Source: Tubiluchus corallicola | Taxonomy: Eukaryota > Animalia > Priapulida | Direction: 5' to 3' | NCBI GenBank assembly: GCA_030141605.1 | Contig: JAQGDQ010002225.1 | Location: 1 to 7,709 of the forward strand | Length of the DNA: 7,709 nt | In this document: one piece after another, positions 1 through 7,709 of the stretch | Position numbering within the stretch: the first letter of the stretch is position 1 | Layout: every line of letters begins with the position of its first letter | The notes under the pieces: generated by a model | Told to the model about the DNA's origin: nothing | Database searches by the model: none | What the model saw: the letters and a program-made list of their open reading frames with translations, nothing else | Made by a program: the position numbers and the translations under genes

Positions 1-14
1 TAGTAGTAGTAGAC

Positions 15-80
<66 letters not shown>

Positions 81-301
81 TCAGTAGTAGTAGTGGTAGT
101 AGTAGCAGTAGTAGTAGCAGTAGCAGTAGCAGTAGTGGTAGTGGTAGTGGTAGTGGTAGTGGTAGTGGTAGTGGTAGTAGTAGCAGTAGCAGTAGCAGTA
201 GCAGTAGCAGTAGCAGTAGCAGTAGCAGTAGCAGTAGCAGTAGCAGTAGTAGTAGTGGTAGTAGCAGCAGTAGCAGTAGTAGTAGCAGCAGCAGTAGCAG
301 T

Positions 302-345
<44 letters not shown>

Positions 346-448
346 CAGTAGCAGTAGCAGTAGCAGTAGCAGTAGCAGTAGTAGTAGCAGTAGCAGTAGC
401 AGTAGTAGTAGTAGTAGTAGTAGTAGCAGCAGCAGTAGCAGTAGCAGT

Positions 449-480
<32 letters not shown>

Positions 481-541
481 CAGTAGCAGCAGCAGTAGCA
501 GTAGTAGTAGCAGTAGCAGTAGTAGTAGCAGTGGTAGTAGT
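1..541. repeat. Compound trinucleotide microsatellite (TAG)n with CAG/TGG variants, including (TAGTGG)n and (TAGCAG)n sub-blocks
   Basis: Directly visible; the 3-bp phase is kept throughout; it runs off the left edge of the window. It explains ORFs 81..611(-) and 93..551(+). Confidence 0.98.
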
Positions 542-900
542 AATTTATTGATTTTTGGCCAATAGGGTCGATCAAACAACAAGCATCCATACAACAAAAC
601 TTTACATACAAATAGAAGCAAACTTAGCTACAGCACATTGAATAGTGACATCATGAGACTGCATCATACAAGTTAGTTTGTTTGTCATCAATGTTTAAAA
701 AGAAAAGTCTGGAATAGAACGTGTGATACGTTAAGGCCCCGCGTTTGCTGATAGACTTACGCCCTTGAGGCCCTCAATCTGCCCTGTGCAGCTAATATGG
801 ATAATCTAGTGTTTATTTATATATTTTAATATTTTCGTCTGGGCGACCTATTTTTATGCTTTTAAAAAGCTATAGTTTAACAAATTGTGGAATATATATA

Positions 901-1520
901 AAATAATCTTTATTTGCCATTAAAATACATTGATAATCACTGATAAAAACTTTACAGAGATGATCAATTAGTGTTAGTTAATAAAAACTTACACTGCTTG
1001 AGGCAATTGCATCAGTGCAATCTAAACTACTGTGCAGCAATGGAAAGTAACGACGAATAAAATCAAACATATTTACAATTATGATTTAATTAATGTGGCC
1101 GTGGATATATGAATTCTGAATTAGTGTGTATGTTGTCGTACTGGTGTGATGGTATTTCATATCTGGTTAATATTAGTGATTTTAATTTTGTTTTAGATGC
1201 TGATAGGGACTTGATTTGTCTAACCTGTAATGGTAGAGAATTCCAAAGTAGAATTGCTTGTTTGATTACAAAGTTCGTTCCATAGTGGGTATTTGTCCTA
1301 ATTTGTTTTAGATTGCTTGTTCTGGAATTAACGATGGGTTTGGAAAAAATGTAAATCTGTTATTCTGGGATGGTTTGCTGATGTTGTTAAAATATTTAAA
1401 TATAAAAAGCAGAGTAAAATATTCTTTGTGTGCTTCAATGATTGGGAATTTTAAAGTTTTTCTCAGGTTAGTTGTTGTAGCTTTGAATTTTTGTCCACCT
1501 AATGATGCGGATGTCTTTGC
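901..1520 (-). mobile_element. Degenerate 3' fragment of a non-LTR retrotransposon (CR1 group: L2/Crack/Daphne-like), ORF2 C-terminus plus 3' UTR
   Basis: Manual minus-strand translation gives KDIRII / GGQKFKATTTNLRKTLKFPIIEAHKEYFTLLFIFKYFNN... / NSRTSNLKQIRTNTHYGTNFVIKQAILLWNSLPLQVRQIKSLSASKTKLKSLIL..., with stop TAA at 1092-1090 and two frameshifts (~1500, ~1330). This matches the recalled post-RT consensus of CR1-group LINEs (AIRII...LFK.L...FMFK...YNTR...YG...LWNSLP..I....SL..FK.KLK). The 3' end reads GGCAAATAAAGATTATT (AATAAA at 914-909). Confidence 0.85.
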
Positions 1521-1524
1521 TTAA

Positions 1525-2121
1525 AGGAAACGTCAACTCTTCTGGAAAGTTAGGCTTATTTCAATGTTCACAAAAAATGTTAGAAGGATTTAGTAATAAA
1601 AGTGCAATAAGCACCTCATGTAATTAGCAAAATCAATTTAAAGCCGCGATCATTTCTTTCTTGGGCCTCCGATTTCCAAAACCCATTCTTCTTCCAATGA
1701 CGTCATTCGTCTTGAAGAAAAGCAGCTCGCTGTCAACCAATCAAAAGTATAATAATTTTTACAAAAAATTGAGATAGCTAATTTTGTAATACTTTTGCGT
1801 GAACATTAGAATTAGTTGAAGCAGCGCGCGCTTACGGAAAGCCACGATGCGCTTACGAAAAGTTACGAAGTTCCCCAGTTTACGTCATGATTTTCAAGTG
1901 AAAGGCAGCAACCACCATTTCTATTCAGGTGTGGTGAATTTTATACATATGCTCTTTAGGCAGTTCCTTACAAATTTCTTTGTTAATATTTTTCTATGTT
2001 TAAGCGATAACAGTAAAAAACACAACACATGAATGCCATGCTCTTTCCTTTAGCACACCACAAACAGTTTAAGTGATAGCAGTAATATAGACCCAGCACA
2101 TTGAGTGCCTTGTTCTTTCCT
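1525..2121. mobile_element. Non-autonomous DNA transposon, Kolobok/T2-MITE-like, copy 1 (apparently full length, 597 bp)
   Basis: Left end TTAA|AGGAAACGTCAA (TTAA 1521-1524); right end TTGTTCTTTCCT|ATAA (2122-2125, 1 mismatch to TTAA). The imperfect TIR matches at 9/12 positions. It is homologous along its length to 5051-6473, whose right end is TTTCCT|TTAA. TGACGTCA at 1698-1705. A TTAA TSD with AGG..CCT termini is the established Kolobok/T2 signature. Confidence 0.8.
1998..2121. repeat. ~1.8 units of the 72-bp terminal repeat within transposon copy 1
   Basis: Units start at 1998 (69 bp, diverged) and 2067 (55 bp, ending TTTCCT); same consensus as the 5555-6473 array. Confidence 0.9.
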
Positions 2122-2721
2122 ATAAGTGGGTGCTGAAATTTATATTCGTCTCAATAATAGTGAAATTTTTTAGCTTTTGTCGTCTGTGCATTTGCTTGAT
2201 CACCATCTCACCCGTTCGAAAATCTGAGAAGGGAAGGCAATCTTAACCCAAATTCGACGCAGGCTTTCAAGCGTCTTGTAATGACCACATTTCGTGGGAA
2301 CTACTTGGCTTAGCGAACGTACACAGCTAATGACCAGTGCAATGCCACCAGCACCAGCTAATGGAAAACCTATTATTTTTGCCTCATATTAACTGCATTA
2401 GCTCCATTGTTGCCCGTTCGTTCCATTCTTGACCATAGCTGTTAGGCTGAACCATTAAGGTCTAGGAGACATTAATCATCAACTGTCCGTGTCGAAGTTG
2501 CACGCAAGAGGTTCCTTCCATCAACGTATTTCCCTCGATATTCGATTGATGACATTTAAAAATGGCACCGGATGAGGATCGTCCAGTTCTGACTCCAACT
2601 TTTCTCAAGGACGAAGGTCTAGTGTTAAGTGTGCTGTGATTTATCATAGTCCTACTCTGAAGTGGTCAGCATGTCTTTGGACAAAAGAAGAAAGTACGAG
2701 GTAGCATGTATTGTCACCACC

Positions 2722-2831
2722 TTTCATTTTATTTTATTTCACTTTGTTTCGTTTTATTTCATTTTACTTCGTTTTATTTTAGTTTATATTATTTTATTTT
2801 ATTTTATTTCATTTTATTTCATTTTTTATTT
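2722..2831. repeat. Imperfect pentanucleotide microsatellite (TTTTA/TTTCA)n
   Basis: Directly visible; explains the F/I/L/Y-rich ORFs 2662..2919 and 2706..2906. Confidence 0.95.
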
Positions 2832-2857
2832 GTCTGTTTCTTGTTACTGTGCATATT

Positions 2858-2966
2858 CGTTGGTCAGCTGCCTGACTGGAGACTGCTTGAATGGCTGCCT
2901 GGTTGATTTTTTTAGTTAGCTGATCACTGACTGACTTTTTGGTTTGATAGATAAACAGATTGATTT
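2858..2966. repeat. Degenerate 4-bp-period sequence (TGAC/TGGT/TGAT/TGCC variants)
   Basis: Recurrent TG/CTG about every 4 bp, e.g. ctgcctgactgg and ctgatcactgactgac. Confidence 0.5.
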
Positions 2967-2977
2967 GTCTTAATGGA

Positions 2978-3007
2978 ATATATATATATATATGTATATA
3001 TATATAT
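2978..3007. repeat. (TA)n microsatellite
   Basis: Directly visible, with one G interruption. Confidence 0.95.
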
Positions 3008-3317
3008 TAACGTATGCAATGCTTCATACAAGTTTATATGTCAAAATATGCCAAATAATATTGAGTAGCTTTATGTGCAAAGAATTATTTAAGCACACAT
3101 ACATCATCATCAAGTTGTAAAAAAGGAAAAGAAACGGTGACGAAAAAAATAAGTTAGAGTTGACTATGCCCTGCTGATAAATCACAGAAATGATTGAACA
3201 GTTTACTTGCTTGCTTAGCCGTATCACAGTAAAAAATTAACTTGAAATAAATGCAGTAGCCTAAAGCTTTAATATTTAGGCATGCACATCTTGTATCATG
3301 TAGACAACTTGTCAGGT

Positions 3318-3409
3318 TCACACCATACCATAGCCCTGACTACCTGAATGGCCACAATTAACCTGTCTCTGAGCTGCTCCTTTGTTGGGTAATTTGGTAA
3401 CTTCAGGTA
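3318..3409 (-). pseudogene. HACE1: Frameshifted C-terminal fragment of a HECT-domain E3 ubiquitin ligase, HACE1-like
   Basis: Minus strand 3409-3347 = YLKLPNYPTKEQLRDRLIVAI, 2 orphan bases (CA), then 3344-3318 = GSQGYGMV*. The recalled vertebrate HACE1 C-terminus is ...[31 protein letters not shown], with the stop at the same position. There is no AG acceptor and no catalytic Cys upstream; the sequence runs directly into (TA)n/(ATA)n. Confidence 0.8.
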
Positions 3410-3586
<177 letters not shown>

Positions 3587-3776
3587 TTATTTCGCATAAA
3601 AATATACAACTTACAAAGTCAACAGGATATTAGTTAAACAGATAATGGGATATTAGTACAGTAACGTATCTGCATAAATTCATCTTTGTAATATCCACTC
3701 ATTTCAGTATCCTTGTAATCTTAAAACATAATCTTTAAATGAGTTCCTTATCTTTAACTTTACATTTTCGTTTATC

Positions 3777-3909
3777 GTATGTATGTATGTATGTATGTAT
3801 GTATGTATGTATGTATGTATGTATGTATGTATGTATGTATGTATGTATGTATGTATGTATGTATGTATGTATGTATGTATGTATGTATGTATGTATGTGT
3901 GTATGTATA
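3777..3909. repeat. Tetranucleotide microsatellite (GTAT)n
   Basis: Directly visible and near perfect; explains the YVCM/IHTY ORFs. Confidence 0.98.
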
Positions 3910-3971
3910 CTAGTAATTATGCTAGTATGTATCATTATTATTATACTAGTATTATACAATGTATGTACACG

Positions 3972-4150
3972 AATGACTGGTCGGGGGTTGATTGCTTAGC
4001 CTGCTTCGTGCTTGTTTGATCGATTACTCGGTTGACTGGTTGGCCTAATGGTTGGATTGTTGCTTGGTTATTTGATTATTTGATTGATTACTTGGTTTGT
4101 TGTTTGGTTATTGGTTGGTTGGTTGGTTGCTTGGTTGGTTGGTTGCTTGG
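3972..4150. repeat. Degenerate to near-pure tetranucleotide repeat (TTGG/TTGA/TTGC)n
   Basis: Purest at 4111-4150 and increasingly degenerate leftwards. Confidence 0.8.
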
Positions 4151-4222
4151 CATGCGTCTTAGCTTAACACTCAAGTTAAGCATCTTAGCTACTCTGATGT
4201 GACTACTTCGTAAAAGTTCTTA

Positions 4223-4256
4223 TAATTTGAGTAAGTTATAGAAGTTACTCAAATTA
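4223..4256. repeat. 34-bp near-perfect palindrome
   Basis: TAATTTGAGTAA (4223-4234) is the exact reverse complement of TTACTCAAATTA (4245-4256); the 10-bp centre is palindromic except for 2 mismatched pairs. Confidence 0.85.
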
Positions 4257-4429
4257 GATGAACGTACTCAGTGTGCTTAATTTGGGCTATCAACGCAGCC
4301 ATCAAGTAGATCAGTTAATCCATCATACATCCCTAATACCCAAATACTGATATAATTACCAAACTAATAAACTGACAAAACATTTTATTGTTTATTTTTT
4401 TGCGAAATTGGCTTAACAGCTGTGATAAT

Positions 4430-4803
4430 AAGCCTTTCCACAGCGTCGATGTGCGCACGCGCAATTGTTAAGGTTAGCTGTACCACAGGCAACGCGTCTT
4501 AACTACAACCATCATGTGTGTAAAACAAAGCCGTCTGCCACCTCAGTTCAGTAACGTCAGTTGTTTCACTTCGATTTTACTTAACTATGCATTAGTCTGC
4601 GTGAAGGGTGGTATACGAGCAGGATCTCGCTTGGGAACAAGAAAAATGAACTAGGTAAGGTTCAAGCTAGCTGTTAAAACTGTTACTATTGCAATAGCAA
4701 GGGCTACGAGGAGTTATCACGTGTACACAAAAGCGTCAACTGATACATTTAAACTTTAACCTTTTCACGATATTCATCAATCGCTGGGACTGTGAAAAGG
4801 CTT
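4430..4803. mobile_element. Candidate TIR-bounded non-autonomous element (MITE, possibly PIF/Harbinger-like)
   Basis: AAGCCTTTCCACAG (4430-4443) and CTGTGAAAAGGCTT (4790-4803) form a 13/14 inverted match enclosing a GC/CpG-richer segment between AT-rich flanks. No clean TSD. Confidence 0.45.
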
Positions 4804-5050
4804 TTTTATAATTATGAACCAAAAAAAAATTACATGCATTATTCTGTCATGCAGAGATAAATCTCTTTTTTTGTTCCAATAGCCGGTAAAACTAGTTTAA
4901 CTTATAAGTTACAAAGACCATGTGTAGTTTAGAGGTCTAGTCAACAACAGCACAATGTTAAATTGTTGAATCACGTGACACAACATAATTTTTTGTGGTC
5001 TCAATTACTGGCTTCTTAATTCTTTACTTTAGGCTTAATTTAATTATTTC

Positions 5051-6473
5051 AAGGTCAAGCCTTTCTAGGAGGTTAGGGGTTATTTCAATGGTCGCAAATA
5101 TGGTTAAACGGATTTAATAATAAAACTACAATAAGCGTGTCTCGTATAATCAGTAAAATCACTTTAAAGTCGGGATCACTTCATGCTTGGGCGCTCCCAT
5201 TTTCAATGTCCATTGTTCTTCCAGTGACGCCATTGGTTTTGAAGAAAAGTAGCGCACTGTCAATCTTCGTCAAAAGTATAATGAGTTTTTACAAAAGAAT
5301 TAGGAAGCTGATCTTGTGATATTTTTGCGTGAACATTAGGTAAGCTGCTGAAGTTTGAGTTAGTTTAAGCAGCGCACGCTTACGGAAATCCACGATGCGC
5401 TTACGAAAAGTTACGAAGTTCCCCAGTTTACGTCATGATTTTCAAGTGAATGGCGGCAACCACCACGCCTGAAAACTTCTATTCACAGATAGTTTATTTT
5501 AAATTTATGAATTATAGGCAGTTCTTTGCTAATTTATTTGTTACATTTTTCTAAGTTTAAGTGATAGCAGTAAAATAAACACAACATACTAAGTGACTAG
5601 TTCTTTGCTTTAGCACACCACACACAGTTTAAGTGATAGCAGTAAAATAAACACAACATACTAAGTGACTAGTTCTTTGCTTTAGCACACCACACACAGT
5701 TTAAGTGATAGCAGTAAAACAAATCCAATATACTGACTGACTTGTTCTTTCCTTTAGCGCACCACAAACAGTTTAAGTGATAACAGTAAAATAAACTCAA
5801 CATACTGACTGACTTGTTCTTTCCTTTAGCACACCACAAACAGTTTAAGTGATAACAGTAAAATAAACCCAACATACTAAGTGACTTGTTCTTTCCTTTA
5901 GCATACCATAAATAGTATAAGTGATAACAGTAAAATGAACACAACATACTAAGTGACTTGTTCTTTCCTTTAGCACACCACAAACAGTTTAAGTGATGAC
6001 AGTAAAACAAATCCAACATACTGACTGACTGGTTCTTTCCTTTAGCACACCACAAACAGTTTAAGTGATAACAGTAAAATAAACTCAACATACTGACTGA
6101 CTTGTTCTTTCCTTTAGCACACCACAAACAGTTTAAGTGATAACAGTAAAATAAACCCAACATACTAAGTGACTTGTTCTTTTCTTTAGCATACCATAAA
6201 TAGTATAAGTGATAACAGTAAAATGAACACAACATATTAAGTGACTTGTTCTTTCCTTTAGCACACCACAAACAGTTTAAGTGATAACAGTAAAATAAAC
6301 CCAACATACTAAGTGACTTGTTCTTTCCTTTAGCACACCACAAACAGTTTAAGTGATAACAGTAAAATAAACCCAACATACTAAGTGACTTGTTCTTTCC
6401 TTTAGCATACCATAAATAGTATAAGTGATGACAGTAAAATGAACACAACATGTTAAGTGACTTGTTCTTTCCT
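5051..6473. mobile_element. Non-autonomous DNA transposon, Kolobok/T2-MITE-like, copy 2 (left terminus missing; right terminus tandemly amplified)
   Basis: Colinear, same-orientation homology with 1529-2121 from ~5051. It ends TTGTTCTTTCCT|TTAA (TTAA 6474-6477). The left TTAA|AGGA is not present. Confidence 0.8.
5555..6473. repeat. 72-bp minisatellite, 12 full units + one 55-bp terminal unit
   Basis: Units start at 5555 and then exactly every 72 bp to 6419. Consensus GTTTAAGTGATAACAGTAAAATAAACCCAACATACTAAGTGACTTGTTCTTTCCTTTAGCACACCACAAACA. It produces the 24-aa-periodic ORF 5669..6484(-). Confidence 0.98.
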
Positions 6474-7209
6474 TTAAGGATCACCCTGTAGGCGATATAC
6501 TATAATTTTCTGCATGAAAATGTTGCCATTCCGAAGGAGTAAGAAAGTCTGTAAGTTTTCAATGTTCTTCAGCAGCTGGACCACCGCGACGAAAACACGA
6601 AGGTTGATAGACATGAGAACTAAGAGCATATGTTCCTCAAAACATCGTAAAAATGCGTGCGTTTGCGTGATGCGTGTGCCCTTTACATGCGTATAAACGA
6701 ATCTGTTGAACGTAATTGTAATCGTACTCATTCTTGCTACTAAATTTCTAAAAAAAAGTTCGGGGAAATAAAATGATAATGACTGACCACGCTTGCTTGC
6801 AGAGGCACGTATCGCACGTCGAAGAAGTGACGGCCTTATATCGTTGTTTGGACCATCTATGAAATTATTAATGACTGGTTCTCAAGCCATATTTAAAGAC
6901 CAATTTAACCTAATTCACTGCTGAGCTGCGGCCTACTAAACCTTATAATTTTTAGTAAATTAGTTATTATTAGTAAATTATTTTTTATTAATGATTAACA
7001 AGTAAAATTAGTGCCAAAAATTACGAACATTTTTCTCTTTCTGAGGTTGGATGCTCTGAGTAAAAAAGCATTGCTTTTTAGAATTCTTTGCAAATTGGAA
7101 AAAAGCCAAATTCGTAATGTCTGACTCTCAATTTAGCCCAAGTAACGTACATTTCGTAAATTTCACGTGGTTTTAGGATTATCTGGTGACTATCAATTTG
7201 CCAATTTTT

Positions 7210-7480
7210 ATTCGAATTCGAATTCAATTTTAACGATTTTCGAATTACTAATAAAAAGCGGTTTCACTAGAATCGTGCATTTTATTCTGTTGTAAAAACG
7301 CCAATAATTTGTGCACAGAAATCGCAGCTAAATTGTGTTGACTGCATGATGTTTCAAACGGTTTAATGATAAAAAAACGTTTGTAGTTGGAATTATTTGA
7401 AGGCAAAATTTTATGTTCAAATGGAAGTCGAACTAAAAAACTCATTCAAATCGAATTCGGCCGTTCGATGCTCATCCCTA
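7210..7480. mobile_element. Possible right end of a hAT-like DNA transposon remnant
   Basis: Ends GCTCATCCCTA (reverse complement TAGGGATGAGC, resembling the Ac-type TAGGGATG terminus), preceded by clustered TCGAA/TTCGAAT motifs (~7211-7225, ~7239-7246, ~7428, ~7451-7468). No partner terminus found; the left boundary is arbitrary. Confidence 0.4.
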
Positions 7481-7552
7481 TTTAGCATTACTATTTACAC
7501 GTTCTTAAGGCTATATTACACCCATAGATTTTTTAGTATCCGCAATTTCAGC

Positions 7553-7709
7553 ATGATGATGATGATGATGATGACGATGACGATGACGACAACGACAACT
7601 ATAGCAACGACAATAATAATAATAAGAAGAAGAAGAAGAAGAAAAAGAAAAAGAAATAACAATCATGATGATGATGATGACGACGATGACGATGACGATG
7701 ACGATGACG
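7553..7709. repeat. Compound trinucleotide repeat (GAT/GAC)n-(AAC)-(AAT)n-(AAG)n-(GAT/GAC)n
   Basis: Directly visible; runs off the right edge. Confidence 0.95.

Noticed and set aside
81-611. Poly-C/Y and poly-V/A ORFs
   Set aside because: Translations of the (TAG/CAG/TGG)n microsatellite.
731-745. TTAA|GGCCCC as another TTAA-transposon left end (likewise TTAA|AGACC at ~6893 and TTAA|GGCT at ~7505)
   Set aside because: No matching inverted right end found in the window; TTAA is common in AT-rich DNA.
1847-2032. 61-aa ORF starting in the conserved transposon core (and ORF 5137..5319)
   Set aside because: The reading frame is not preserved between the two copies beyond the core because of an indel, and there is no transposase motif.
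3660-3720. Minus-strand peptide DYKDTEMSGYYKDEFMQIR, faintly like the HECT segment KNTEY.SGY...D..IQWFW
   Set aside because: It lacks the invariant W/FW residues and the ~70 intervening residues are absent, so it is likely chance; a TBLASTN with the parent protein would settle it.
4328-4335. Second CATCCCTA, as a possible partner of the hAT-like end at 7473-7480
   Set aside because: It is in the same orientation rather than inverted and has no TCGAA subterminal motifs.
5555-6473. CRISPR-like regular array
   Set aside because: The units are near-identical along their whole length with no unique spacers; there are no cas genes and the context looks eukaryotic.
5669-6484. 271-aa Cys/Tyr/His-rich ORF with a 24-aa repeat, superficially like a metal-binding repeat protein
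   Set aside because: 72 bp is a multiple of 3, so one stop-free unit yields a long ORF automatically. Units 1-2 contain in-frame TAG, the start lies outside the element across the TTAA junction, and there is no unique domain.
6474-6731. 85-aa minus-strand and 60-aa plus-strand ORFs
   Set aside because: No recognisable motif and no convincing exon boundaries; lengths are compatible with chance.

Overview
AT-rich, microsatellite-dense DNA that looks eukaryotic (animal-like), with no intact gene; every long ORF in the track is a product of simple or tandem repeats. Reading the sequence directly shows four main things. (1) A decayed minus-strand 3' fragment of a CR1-group (L2/Crack/Daphne-type) LINE carrying the WNSLP motif (~901-1520). 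(2) Two diverged copies of a non-autonomous DNA transposon with TTAA/AGG...CCT ends, Kolobok/T2-MITE-like (1525-2121 and ~5051-6473). Its right terminus is itself the unit of a 72-bp tandem repeat, with ~1.8 units in copy 1 and ~12.8 units (including a 4-unit higher-order duplication) in copy 2, and the copies share a ~96%-identical CpG-rich 97-bp core inside otherwise much more diverged sequence. (3) A frameshifted, 5'-truncated minus-strand fragment encoding the extreme C-terminus of a HACE1-like HECT E3 ligase (3318-3409), bracketed by (TA)n tracts and missed by the ORF track. (4) Many microsatellites, two of which directly abut minus-strand AATAAA as if grown from retroposon tails. Several weaker transposon-end candidates are also noted. 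Family assignments rest on recalled motifs, not database searches.
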